64,000 bases of DNA from Laetmonice hystrix (taxonomy: Eukaryota): the NCBI GenBank assembly GCA_965235115.1, contig OZ249438.1, positions 43,586,001 to 43,650,000 on the forward strand, given 5' to 3'. Shown here piece by piece: positions 25,179-37,420 of this stretch; the first letter of the stretch is position 1; every line of letters starts with the position of its first letter. Made by a program: the position numbers and the translations under genes. The notes under the pieces were generated by a model. The model saw only the letters and a list, made by a program, of their open reading frames with translations. It did no database searches and was not told the DNA's origin.

Positions 25179-25785
25179 GCTAAGGCTAAAAATGTGTATT
25201 TACTATTTTCAGTACTTTGTTTAGTTAAAGGGCACTATTAGAAATTAAAATTATAACCAAGTCCCAGTCAGCCGCCGGCCAGCGTCCAGTCTCTACACCC
25301 AGTCCCAGCTGTCTCGGAAGCCAGTGATCGCGGAGTCTGCCCCAAGTACCGAACCAATCACCGTGTCTTGTCCTGCATCTCAATGCACCATTCCGCGGGG
25401 CTCAATCTAATGAGTGACTGGGGCTCATCTAATGAATCACTGGGGCTCATCTAATGAGTCACTCTCCACAATCCATGTAGACTGATACCAATATATAGCT
25501 CTAATCTACATTTATTGATTCCCCAGGAGACTGAATACCAGTGAAGTAATCGCTGCCAGGGTTTCTAATCCAGTGACATCATTACAATAAAAATATCTTA
25601 TTTAGACATGCAGTATATTGAATCATATATCATAACGTTGGTTATTTGTATGAGGGGAATGAAGAACAAGAAAATATACATAATGTTTGACAAGATAAGC
25701 TACTTGTAAATTCGTCATGTTTTAATGTCTCAGGCAAAGGTTTGGAAAATGGAATTGTAACTCCGTAAATGTAATCTCACGGGGG

Positions 25786-26498
25786 GCTCAGTAGGCCTAC
25801 GTAACGTTTCTATCGAGCTCAGCCCATGATATCGGACATTTGGCAGTCACGATGGGTGGGTGGGTGGGTGGGTGGGGGGGTGGGGGGGTCGGTAAGCTTA
25901 GTAGGCCTACGTAACGATGATATCGGACATTTGGCAGTCACGATGGGTGTGTCTGTGGGTGGGTGGGTGGGTGGGGGGGTCGGTAAGCTTAGTAGGCCTA
26001 CGTAACGATGATATCGGACATTTGGCAGTCACGATGGGTGGGGGGGGTGGGGGTGGGGGGTGGGGGTGGGGGGGGGGGGGGTGGGGGTGGGGGGTGGGGG
26101 TGGGGGGTCAGTAAGCTCAGTAGGCCTACGTAACGTTTCCATCGAGCTCAGCCCATGATATCAGACATTTGGCAGTCACGATGGGTGTGTCTGTGGGTGG
26201 GGGTGGGGGGGGGGGGTCGGTAAGCTCAGTAGGCCTACGTAACGTTTCCATCGAGCTCAGCCCGCCATGATATCGGACATTTGGCAGTCACGATGGGAGG
26301 GGGGGGGGGTCGGTAAGCTCAGTAGGCCTACGTAACGTTTCCATCGAGCTCAGCCCATGATATCAGACATTTGGCAGTCACGATGGGTGTGTCTGTGGGT
26401 GGGGGTGGGGGGGGGGGGGGGGTTGGTAAGCTCAGTAGGCCTACGTAACATTTTCATCGAGCACAGCCCATGATATCGGACATTTGGCAGTCACGATG
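25786..26498. repeat. Variable-length repeat with a G-rich cassette, ~7-8 copies
   Basis: Conserved gtaagctcagtaggcctacgtaacg...atatcggacatttggcagtcacgatg separated by variable G/GGGT runs. Confidence 0.92.
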
Positions 26499-27340
26499 CA
26501 GGTGGAAACGGTCTTAAATCAGCAGTAGTTTTTTTTTCACCCGTTGTACTCCCACGCCATGTAGACACTGTAATTCATTGCCGGCATTTTCCAAATCATT
26601 GCAGCCAAAGGCTGTCTGCCGCTGTCGTGATATCCTATCCGCTACGATTGTTACGGACCAAATTGGGTTCAATTTCCTGCCAAGTGCGATCCGTATTGAA
26701 GCCCGGTGTTACACGGGACCTGCTTGAATGTTGTCATGCTGCAGACCTTACGACACCTACCTAATATTTCCATAACTATTCGCTTAGATGAGGTGACTGC
26801 GGGCTGAATACAGTTGTTACATATATTTTATATCATAGATTATATTATACTATAGATTATATTATACACCTCGCGGTCACTAACAGTTCATGGGGGCGGG
26901 GGTGGTATCTCCAATTAGATTAGACCGTCGGGTTCATAGTTTATAGCATGGAATGCTGTGGATGAACAAGGGGCACTGTTTATGACATCTATGAAAATAA
27001 ATCGATAATACAATATCCTTGCTGTATACATTAGTAGAGATACCTGGTAGACTGGGGACTGGGGAGACTGACACGATCACTGCCTACCTGGTAGGCAAAC
27101 TATCACACACCTATACAGTAAACCAGCCCGAGCGAAAGCCACTGCACTTATAAATAAAGTGGCACTGACAGAAATTGATTTTCGTATTTTTTGATTACCT
27201 CATACTCAGATCTTATGTCTCAAATCTTTCATTCCATTTGATGACAGGAGAAGATAATGCCACGAGTGGTCCACAACCGTGTATAATTTCTTCAATTGTC
27301 ATTCGTCTTGATTGATTACCACAACTTGAGGCTAGAATGT

Positions 27341-28230
27341 GGGGATTTCACGTTGATGATCAGGACTGGAAGCCTAGGACTGGACAGGGATTTCACGTTG
27401 ATGATCAGGACTGGAAGCCTAGGACTGGACAGGGATTTCACCTTGACGATCAGGACTGGAAGCCTAGGACTGGACAGGGATTTCACCTTGACGATCAGGA
27501 CTGGAAGCCTAGGACTGGACAGGGATTTCACCTTGACGATCAGGACTGGAAGCCTAGGACTGGACAGGGATTTCACCTTGACGATCAGGACTGGAAGCCT
27601 AGGACTGGACAGGGATTTCACCTTGACGATCAGGACTGGAAGCCTAGGACTGGACAGGGATTTCACCTTGACGATCAGGACTGGAAGCCTAGGACTGGAC
27701 AGGGATTTCACCTTGACGATCAGGACTGGAAGCCTAGGACTGGACAGGGATTTCACCTTGACGATCAGGACTGGAAGCCTAGGACTGGACAGGGATTTCA
27801 CCTTCACGATCAGGAAGCATAGGACTGGACAGGGATTTCACCTTCACGATCAGGACTGGAAGCCTAGGACTGGACAGGGATTTCACCTTCACGATCAGGA
27901 CTGGAAGCCTAGGACTGGGCAGGGATTTCACCTTCACGATCAGGACTGGAAGCCTAGGACTGGACAGGGATTTCACCTTGACGATCAGGACTGGAAGCCT
28001 AGGACTGGACAGGGATTTCACCTTCACGATCAGGACTGGAAGCCTAGGACTGGACAGGGATTTCACCTTGACGATCAGGACTGGAAGCCTAGGACTGGAC
28101 AGGGATTTCACCTTCACGATCAGGAAGCATAGGACTGGACAGGGATTTCACCTTGACGATCAGGACTGGAAGCCTAGGACTGGACAGGGATTTCACCTTC
28201 ACGATCAGGACTGGAAGCCTAGGACTGGAC
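27341..28230. repeat. 45-bp minisatellite, ~20 copies
   Basis: Unit gggatttcaccttgacgatcaggactggaagcctaggactggaca. Confidence 0.97.
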
Positions 28231-28924
28231 CTCCGATATGGAAGGTCGATGTAAAGACGAGCCCACAGTAAGCATAATTTCACAGAAGATGTAAAGAGTA
28301 CGAAGATACGTCAAGGAACAATTCCCCCCTCCCACATTACGATGGCGGGCTGGCATGTCGCAGCAATGATGTAATGTGTCAGGTAGCAGTGAAACCCGCC
28401 CCCCGGAATCAGCATCAAGGAGGACAACACGCCATTAACTGACAGTTTGTGTAGCCTGGTCCCCAGGTCTATATTGACTACGTGAGCCTGGTGAAGGCTA
28501 ATCGAAGCTAACAGTTAGTGCTTCAGTCCACGCATACACGTACTTTCCTCTCGCATTCTCTCGCCCTGGGCTGTGAGCATGACGTTCGCCTTCCGGTTGT
28601 ATGGAGTGGAGCAGGGAATGCTGGGTAGGGTGGTTGGTAGGATGAACTCCGCTTTCGTAGCTTTGTGGGCGACAAGACTGTGAGGCCTTTATGTGTGCGC
28701 AGGGGGGGGGGGGGAGGCAGGACTGTGAGGCCTTTATGTGTGCGCAGGGGGGACATCAAAAGACATCACCTGTCATTTCGTGTTGCCATCAGAGAGCTAT
28801 GACGGCCTGTCTCGTGTCATCTCCCGTCTTTCAATGGTTGCCGTCTCGGAGATACATGCCCTCGTCGTCCTTTCAGCTAGAGCAGCTGTTGCTGGTAGAA
28901 ATATTCACCACTCCTGTCTGCATG

Positions 28925-30590
28925 CCAGTCGGTGTCTCCTGGTGAAAGGTGCCAGTCGGTGTCTCCTGGTGAAAGGTGCCAGTCGGTGTCTCCTGGAGAA
29001 AGGTGCCAGTCGGTGTCTCCTGGTGAAAGGTGCCAGTCGGTGTCGCCTGGAGAAAGGTGCCAGTCGGTGTCGCCTGGAGAAAGGTGCCAGTCGGTGTCTC
29101 CTGGAGAAAGGTGCCAGTCGGTGTCAGGTGCCAGTCGGTGTCTCCTGGAGAAAGGTGCCAGTCGGTGTCTCCTGGAGAAAGGTGCCAGTCGGTGTCTCCT
29201 GGAGAAAGGTGCCAGTCGGTGTCGCCTGGTGAAAGGTGCCAGTCGGTGTCAGGTGCCAGTCGGTGTCGCCTGGAGAAAGGTGCCAGTCGGTGTCGCCTGG
29301 AGAAAGGTGCCAGTCGGTGTCTCCTGGAGAAAGGTGCCAGTCGGTGTCAGGTGCCAGTCGGTGTCTCCTGGAGAAAGGTGCCAGTCGGTGTCGCCTGGTG
29401 AAAGGTGCCAGTCGGTGTCAGGTGCCAGTCGGTGTCTCCTGGAGAAAGGTGCCAGTCGGTGTCGCCAGGAGGAAGGTGCCAGTCGGTGTCTCCTGGAGAA
29501 AGGTGCCAGTCGGTGTCGCCTGGTGAAAGGTGCCAGTCGGTGTCAGGTGCCAGTCGGTGTCGCCAGGAGAAAGGTGCCAGTCGGTGTCGCCAGGAGAAAG
29601 GTGCCAGTCGGTGTCACCTGGTGAAAGGTGCCAGTCGGTGTCAGGTGCCAGTCGGTGTCGCCAGGAGAAAGGTGCCAGTCGGTGTCGCCAGGAGAAAGGT
29701 GCCAGTCGGTGTCGCCTGGAGAAAGGTGCCAGTCGGTGTCACCTGGAGAAAGGTGCCAGTCGGTGTCGCCTGGAGAAAGGTGCCAGTCGGTGTCACCTGG
29801 AGAAAGGTGCCAGTCGGTGTCGCCAGGAGAAAGGTGCCAGTCGGTGTCTCCTGGAGAAAGGTGCCAGTCGGTGTCTCCAGGAGAAAGGTGCCAGTCGGTG
29901 TCGCCTGGAGAAAGGTGCCAGTCGGTGTCTCCTGGAGAAAGGTGCCAGTCGGTGTCTCCTGGAGAAAGGTGCCAGTCGGTGTCTCCTGGAGAAAGGTGCC
30001 AGTCGGTGTCTCCTGGTGAAAGGTGCCAGTCGGTGTCGCCTGGTGAAAGGTGCCAGTCGGTGTCTCCATGAGAAAGGTGCCAGTCGGTGTCTCTTGGAGA
30101 AAGGTGCCAGTCGGTGTCTCCTGGAGAAAGGTGCCAGTCGGTGTCGCCTGGAGAAAGGTGCCAGTCGGTGTCTCCTGGAGAAAGGTGCCAGTCGGTGTCG
30201 CCTGGAGAAAGGTGCCAGTCGGTGTCGCCTGGAGAAAGGTGCCAGTCGGTGTCACCTGGAGAAAGGTGCCAGTCGGTGTCTCCTGGAGAAAGGTGCCAGT
30301 CGGTGTCACCTGGAGAAAGGTGCCAGTCGGTGTCTCCTGGAGAAAGGTGCCAGTCGGTGTCGCCTGGAGAAAGGTGCCAGTCGGTGTCGCCAGGAGAAAG
30401 GTGCCAGTCGGTGTCGCCTGGAGAAAGGTGCCAGTCGGTGTCTCCTGGAGAAAGGTGCCAGTCGGTGTCTCCTGGAGAAAGGTGCCAGTCGGTGTCTCCT
30501 GGAGAAAGGTGCCAGTCGGTGTCGCCTGGAGAAAGGTGCCAGTCGGTGTCGCCTGGAGAAAGGTGCCAGTCGGTGTCGCCAAGAGAAAGA
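28925..30590. repeat. 27-bp minisatellite (17-bp truncated variants), ~60 copies
   Basis: Unit ggtgccagtcggtgtc(t/g/a)cc(t/a)ggagaaa. Confidence 0.98.
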
Positions 30591-30717
30591 TTCCCAACGG
30601 ATTGCAGTTATTTCGGGCCACGGTGCATGTCAAAATGTCCCTTTTATCCCAGATAGGACCTCATGCCCTTTGGAACAGGCCTTGTGATAATATCGTGCAA
30701 AACGTATACTTCTCTTT

Positions 30718-30878
30718 TGATCAGTTTATGAATAGTGTGGATTGTCCACTTCAGGGTGATCAGTTTATGAATAGTGTGGATTGTCCACTTCAGGGTGATC
30801 AGTTTATGAATAGTGTGGATTGTCCACTTCAGGGTGATCAGTTTATGAATAGTGTCGATTGTACACTTCAGGGTGACA
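30718..30878. repeat. 39-bp minisatellite, 4 copies
   Basis: Unit tgatcagtttatgaatagtgtggattgtccacttcaggg. Confidence 0.94.
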
Positions 30879-31047
30879 AAGTTTGCAGAGTGCCCGGCAC
30901 TCCTATGTTGCCTATATTTTTCTTGCTATCCTATGAATTCCCATATTTCGGAAAAATTCAATTCCCGATAAAAGTACTTAATAACTAGGCCTATAAGTGT
31001 GTTTATTTGCAATTTAAGAAGCTACAATGTACTTCGATCGTGCTATA

Positions 31048-31525
31048 CAGGGTGTCTCAAAAAAATGGTAATCCAAAAAGAAAGGGCTTTTGTGACCAGC
31101 TATAGGTAAATTTAGAGAAGATAAATGGCTGAATCATAAAGTACTGTTCATGAGCTTTCCAGTGACACCATCCTGACCTTCCTGTGGTCGCGCATTGCCG
31201 AACTGTGGGGTTTTAAAAATGGGACATCAGAATCCAAAATTTACAACTGGGATATGGTTGAAATTGACACCAAAACAACGCCAAAGATTCGTCAGAGATT
31301 TTATTTACAGAACATGTAACAGCCATAGGCGTGCCAGTTTTACGTAAACCAGATTTGATGCGGGTACAATCTTGCACCATCATTCACGGACCAACCCCTT
31401 CAACATGTCACTGGAAAGCTCATGAACAGTACTTTATGATTCAGCCCTTTATCTTCTCTAAATTTACCTATAGCTGGTCACAAAAGCCCTTTCTTTTTGG
31501 ATTACCATTTTTTTGAGACACCCTG
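31048..31525. mobile_element. Tc1/mariner-type MITE, 478 bp
   Basis: 120-bp TIRs starting cagggtgtctc (31048-31167, 31406-31525) with one mismatch; TA on both flanks. Confidence 0.93.
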
Positions 31526-31764
31526 TAGATCTAATCGCCTATAAAATGACAAAAATTGCTCCTATAGGCCTATATTCCTATAATTTTGTTTTGAACAGTC
31601 CTATATTTCTATAATATTTTTTGTGTAAACTGCTGGGCACCCTGAGTTTGGCTTCATTCCCATTTGTGAGGTTGCGTGTTATATTTCCTTCGGATGTCTC
31701 ATTTACAATTAATCAATAACGTTGTAGCCTTCCTTGACTGCAGTGACGTTTCTAACCATAGCCA

Positions 31765-31819
<55 letters not shown>

Positions 31820-31932
31820 CTCTCTCTCTCTCCCTCGCTCTCTCTATCGCTCTCTCTCCTGTCTTTTTCTCCCTCTACCCGTCTGTCTCGCTGTCGCTGT
31901 CTCTGTCTCTCTCTGTCTCCCCTGTTCTTTCT

Positions 31933-31972
<40 letters not shown>

Positions 31973-32001
31973 ATCTGTGTCTCTCTGTCCGTCTCTCTCT
32001 C
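31765..32001. repeat. (CT)n microsatellite, degenerate; partial paralog at 39589-39711
   Basis: Direct reading. Confidence 0.95.
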
Positions 32002-32009
32002 AGATAATA

Positions 32010-32156
32010 CTATGCTATGACGGACTGAATCTCGGTTCCTTTTCTGATATCGTACTTAGCCTGGGCCCTGGTGTCAGTGAGGGACGTCATTTTGTGAAGA
32101 CCTCGCTGTTAATCTAATCCCCGAGAATCTGTGATAATGTAAGTTATTTCTGTCAT
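32010..32156 (-). pseudogene. Possible decayed SGNH/esterase-like transposon ORF fragment (MTEITYIITDSRGLD*QRGLHK...); paralog at 39715-39861
   Basis: Hydrophobic strand followed by DSRG right after a Met, resembling SGNH block I; in-frame TAA in both copies. Motif resemblance only. Confidence 0.25.
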
Positions 32157-33169
32157 TGTCGGCTGTACGAGTACTCCATCTTGATGTATGAGGTCCGCCA
32201 GGCTCTGTGGACTGAGATAGCACAATCTACATAGCGTCATGAGTCGTTCACATACAGGACTGCCATGGGTTGCCAACTGTAGATATCGTTGGTCTACTGA
32301 TTTAGATATCGGGTTAAGAGGCGACCAATGTACACAGAGCGTAAACTAGGACCGTTTACAGATATTCTAATGGCCACTGAAGGAAACCGATCGAAACTAT
32401 CTGAAGGCGGCTTTAGCAACATCTTCAACTTCAGAGCAGGAGGGCCGTCAATGGAAGTGTTTGCAGGACAAGAACGAAGAGCTGTTGGTGGAGGCTGGCT
32501 CTGGTTGGGATATCTGCTGGTATCCGCCACAGGCAGGCGGGTTGGTGGGTGGGCTGCCCCCCTCCGCCCTCACTCAGTAATAGGATCTACATTTATCGAT
32601 GTTTTATGGATATCCAACTAGTGTCCCAGGTCCGGGAACCGTGTGGGTGGACTAGGTGGACTCTTCAACCAATGAGATCGGAAGAAAAAAAGGACATTTA
32701 TAGGGAACTCTTTGTGGCAGATGTTGGAACTGGTGATAAGCAAACTGTTCGGCCTGAGTTTACACAGGGGAATGAAACAGGAGGGTAAAAGGTCTGACTA
32801 GGGTACTCGCTGTTTCTATGTCACATTCCTCAGACGCTGCGTCCACTCGGTTTCAATGCAAAGCGCTCAGCAATCTATGTTTTGTTGACTTGGAAATTAA
32901 GTTAAGGCACGTATATGGGACAAATTGAATGATAAAGGGGGGATCGGCTGGCAGCGTTCGCCTCCTCCTCATGGCTGCCATTTTCTTGGTCAATGCATTC
33001 GATTCATGGATACATTGGGTGAGAAACATCCCGTAATATTCGGAGGATTAGAGGAAGGCGAGCACATTGCCGCTCATTGAATCCTGTCAGTAAATATAGA
33101 TGCTGTAGAGTTCAGTTATAGAGTTCAGTTATATCCCTAATAATGTAAAAAAGTCCGCATGTGTTTGAG

Positions 33170-33698
33170 CCATCCGATAGACGTTGGGGTTAGCGCCATG
33201 TATCTGAGCATGGCGCCATCCGATAGACGTTGGGGTTAGCGCCATGTATCTGAGCATGGCGCCATCCGATAGACGTTGGGGTTAGCGCCATGTATCTGAG
33301 CATGGCGCCATCCGATAGACGTTGGGGTTAGCGCCATGTATCTGAGCATGGCGCCATCCGATAGACGTTGGGGTTAGCGCCATGTATCTGAGCATGGCGC
33401 CATCCGATAGAGTTTGGGGTTAGCGCCATGTATCACAGCATGGCGCCATCTGATAGAGTTTGGGGTTAGCGCCATGTATCTGAGCATGGCGCCATCTGAT
33501 AGAGTTTGGGGAGCGCCATGTATCTAAGCATGACGCCATCCGATAGAGTTTGGGGTTAGCGCCATGTATCTGAGCATGGCGCCATCCGATAGACGTTGGG
33601 GTTAGCGCCATGTATCTGAGCATGGCGCCATCCGATAGACGTTGGGGTTAGCGCCATGTATCAGAGCATGGCGCCATCTGATAGAGTTTGGGGGTTGG
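33170..33698. repeat. 46-bp minisatellite, ~11.5 copies (duplication copy 1)
   Basis: Unit gccatccgatagacgttggggttagcgccatgtatctgagcatggc. Confidence 0.96.
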
Positions 33699-33718
33699 GG
33701 TAAATTCAGCCTTAGTTG

Positions 33719-34147
33719 CAGAGTATGTGAAAGTGCCAAAATTTCTGCAGGACCTGCGGTCCTGCAGAAGTAACAAGTCTGGGGGACCTACCAGAGTTCT
33801 GTCTGACCTACTGAAATACGTCACTTTTCAAAAATTACACAAAAACGCATGCTCATGAATATAACACGTCTTTATTATGCTGGTGTCATTACCAGGTGCA
33901 ATAGAATAAATGTATAAATAAATAAAAATGTATATCTGTGCTCTGGTTGGCTAAAGGACAGTGTAGTGGAGTCTATTGCATGTAGTGGAGCAGCTTCTCC
34001 TCAATCGATGCCTACTTGGGACTTAGGTGGGTACATAACAGCCAAATGTGTGCGGGACAATCGGGCCTGCTAAATGGGAAGGTCTGTCGGACCGACGGGT
34101 TTTTAGCGGGTCTCGGGCCGTCGGTCCCACGGTGTTCACATACTCTG
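33719..34147. mobile_element. 429-bp non-autonomous TIR element with 6-bp TSD (hAT-like ends)
   Basis: 13-bp TIR cagagtatgtgaa/ttcacatactctg; tagttg duplicated at 33713-33718 and 34148-34153; empty site with a single tagttg in copy 2 near 41466. Confidence 0.92.
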
Positions 34148-35068
34148 TAGTTGATAGTGCTCTGGCTGCAGCCGTGCCCTGACTTGGGTACATTGTCCAC
34201 CGATTTGTAGGCGATTTACTGTCTCAGTGAAATGCACCGACATATTTCAAGGTTTGTCCAAGTCGCTATGCAGACTACATCATGTGTCTACCACGATTTT
34301 TAGATCACAAAAATAAAGTGAGGCATGTGGGTCAAATATGCATTAAGGAACTCGACCACCTTGCTGTTTCTGTTGTCAGTATCAAGCGTTGATGCGGAAA
34401 GAGTACAGCCATGGGGGAACTGTTCCGTTTTAAAATCCTGGGTTATAAAAATTAAACACGGTGAATAGGGATAATTTTTATTGAGAACTTTCAATCAGTT
34501 CTGTGTCAGTGCAGCCCGAGATGTGCCTACTGCAGCGTGATTGTGGCTGATTACCGGCGGAGAACCCTCCTGGGATTTGGCACGTCGATCGACGGGACAC
34601 TTGCATCACATTAGATTACACGTTTTGCTCCTCCGTATTGTCAATTAACATTTTGATGATTGATTCCATGTTTACGGCACCGTGACTACTTCAACTCTAT
34701 AATGGATCGCTGCTGTTACATGGAGCCGGCGCCAAGCTTAAGCAGTTTTAGATTTACTGATGATGGATTAAACCTACCACATCCACCTTTTAATAGATGA
34801 GTGGCGATTAACCAAATGGGCGCACGTATATCTCGAGGAGGGTTGTACTATTAATGCATATTCTGTAACTTGATTTTGAGGCGAGGAAGATTGTATTCAA
34901 AAGGCGTGGGTTTTCTCGGAATTTGTGACGTAAAGTGTTTAGCCCAGTTTGTGAGGTGATGGATGAGACTTGAGTTTGAGCCGTGAGAGAGGGCTGACAG
35001 ACGCCGAGCCGACAGGTGCGTGTAGGCTGCGTCTGTCGGCGCATTAACAACGGTAAGTAGTGATCTGG

Positions 35069-35503
35069 CGTCACACACCTCTCCCCCTCCGCCAGTCACT
35101 AAAACACTTGTCAATAAACACTTAACACTAGCTTCATAACGACACTGGCAAGGTCAAGTCACCTTCAATCACATGCGTCACACCCCCCTCCCCCCTCCTT
35201 CAGTCACTCAACACTTGTCACTAAACACTTAACACTAGCTTCATAACCACACTGGCAAGGTCAGGTCACCTTCAATCACATGCGTCACACACCTCTCCCC
35301 CCTCCGCCAGTCACTAAAACACTTGTCACTAAACACTTAACACTAGCTTCATAACCACACTGGCAAGGTCATGTCACCTTCAATCACATACGTCACACCC
35401 CCCTCCCCCCTCCGCCAGTCACTAAAACACTTGTCACTAAACACTAAACACTTAACACTAGCTTCATAACCACACTGGCAAGGTCAAGTCACTTTCAATC
35501 ACT
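35069..35503. repeat. ~108-bp tandem repeat, 4 copies (single copy in duplication copy 2)
   Basis: gtcacac starts at about 35069, 35177, 35284 and 35392. Confidence 0.92.
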
Positions 35504-35696
35504 CTGGGCTTTCAAACCAAGTACATGGATGCCAACAGGACACTACTATAATCCCACTCAAAAATACGTATAAAATGTCACAACAAATGTATGAGATTTA
35601 TAAGGTTATTGTCCTTGGAGAGGACGCCTTGGGAGAACCCATGACATTATTGAAGTTTTAACTGGGTTTATAACGCCATGTTCTTACTGCGAGCTG

Positions 35697-36414
35697 GGGC
35701 CAGTTTTTAAATCACAGTCTTATGCCTAAGCCAGCGTAAGACTGAGCCTAGTCTTACGTTTCTGTTTTTAAATCAGCTGACAGAGGCTTAGACTTTAAGC
35801 CTAGACTCAGCTTTGTAAGACAAGTGCCGAGCTGGCTTAGCATGCTTCAAATGTCTTTTTCCGAAGATTTAGACAAAATTGTTTCTTCCCATCACTATTC
35901 ATCGAGTTATTTTATATAAAAATCTGATGAGATCAACTTTTACACAGAATAGATTCGTATTAGTTGAAATATGCAACTTGACTACGGACTCGTTTCGCTG
36001 CGTCATCGTCGTTGTTGTGGTTGGCTTGGGCGGAAGTGCAACCTTTGACCTAAGACATGACCTCTGACCCACCTATGACCGATGACCCAGCAATTTTGAC
36101 GTACTCCTTTTTGTTACGTAAATCTAGATTAGCAGAGTCAAAGACAGCATCGCCTGACAGTTAGAGGTTGGCATTAACGAATTCTACGGACTTTTTCACA
36201 TTTTGCCATCACTGGGGCAAAATAATAGCTTTCAAAGATCATTCTACATTCTAATGTGGCGTTTCCATCATGGTGGGATCCGTGTTTTGTCGCCACCAGG
36301 CTTAGACTTACCTAAGCCAGGCAAGCATGCTGATTTAAAAACTGGAATTCAGGCTTAGACTTGGGTAAGTCTAGTCTTAGTCTTACCGAACCCATTTGAT
36401 TTAAAAACCGGCCC
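35697..36414. mobile_element. MITE M1 (PIF/Harbinger-related), ~718 bp
   Basis: TIR gggccagtttttaaatca / tgatttaaaaaccggccc; flanks ctg and cag; internal ctaag/cttag motif repeats. Confidence 0.85.
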
Positions 36415-36417
36415 CAG

Positions 36418-36566
36418 GGCCCCGTCTTACTAAGCCGGCGACATCGCCCGTCAAATGTCGCCAACGTTAAAGCAATGGGGCACGTCGCCAGAACAGGCGA
36501 CATATTACCTTATATGGGCCGGCGACGTCCCATTTGGCGATGTCGCCGGCTTAGTAAGACGGGCTC
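36418..36566. mobile_element. MITE M2 (PIF/Harbinger-related), ~149 bp
   Basis: About 30-bp TIR with core cccgtcttactaagccggcgacatcgcc; cag on both flanks; gtcgcc/ggcgac subterminal motifs. Confidence 0.85.
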
Positions 36567-36572
36567 CAGCTG

Positions 36573-37263
36573 GGCCCGGTTCCGTTGTCTACCTCTTTCC
36601 GTGAGCTGAGATGTTGTGAGCTGAGCAGCAGTTTCCTGCTTACGTGAGCAGTGCTCACCGTGAGCAGTAAATCGGGTTCCTTTGTTCACCCTGAGCACTT
36701 GCTCACATGAGCACTTGCTCACGGTGAGCAAGACACCGTAACTATGGATATATGACGTAACAGTTTATTGTCATCACTCAGATATGATGACGTCACAATA
36801 CTTTTGGAACTGTTCTAGATACAACAATAGGGCCTCATTTCTAACGTCACAATAACGCGTGTGCCTGTGGCCACAGTGTGAAACTGCCATGGGACAGAGT
36901 GGACACTGTCAGAGTAATTTTAGCAACAGGCTGCTCTAGAAATCCTTTTTAATTTCAGAAACGATATTTGCAGGCTTCTGGAGAACAACATTCTGCTCCC
37001 CGTGGTCAAAATAAGTAAAAGAAAGGAAGAAAAAAAATATGTAAATTTGAGTGAAATTCTCCCTTGCTCACGCTTGCTCACGACACCGTGAGCATCCTCC
37101 TTAGCTTGCTCAAGTTTCACGGCAATTTCGTGAGCAAAGCTCACGGTGAGCACTGCTCACAGTACACAAAGGAACCGGTGGACCGTGAGCAGCTCACGAA
37201 AAGTGCTGCTCAGCTCACGAAAATGCTGCTCAGCTCACGAAAATTGCACAACGGAACCGGGCC
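36573..37263. mobile_element. MITE M3 (PIF/Harbinger-related), ~691 bp
   Basis: Perfect TIR ggcccggttccgttgt / acaacggaaccgggcc; ctg on both flanks; dense gtgagc/gctcac subterminal repeats. Confidence 0.88.
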
Positions 37264-37266
37264 CTG

Positions 37267-37420
37267 GGCCCGGTTTCTCGAAAATACTTAAGTCTGAGTT
37301 TCACTCAACTTTACTCAACTCAGGAAATGGAGGATTCACATTGGCTAAAAACGTTCTTTTGAGTAGATTTGAGTGAAACTCAGACTTAAGTATACTTAAG
37401 TATGTTCGAGAAATCGGCCC
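37267..37420. mobile_element. MITE M4 (PIF/Harbinger-related), ~154 bp
   Basis: Imperfect 27-bp TIR ggcccggtttctcgaaaatacttaagt / acttaagtatgttcgagaaatcggccc; left flank ctg, right flank not matching. Confidence 0.78.

Noticed and set aside
27296-28283. ORFs of 15-aa repeats
   Set aside because: Near-identical 45-bp units open in several frames on both strands, with two frameshifting deleted units.
28738-30988. Long ORFs up to 385 aa (VSPGERCQS, TPTGTFLQE, ASRCLLEKG repeats) resembling mucin or zinc-finger arrays
   Set aside because: Read-through of a 27-bp unit that lacks stops in most frames; 17-bp variants shift frame freely, and there are no supporting splice or start signals.
32401-32430. 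GGFSNIF resembling the S53 peptidase GGGFSNVF motif
   Set aside because: The surrounding residues do not match the family; a short-motif coincidence is likely.
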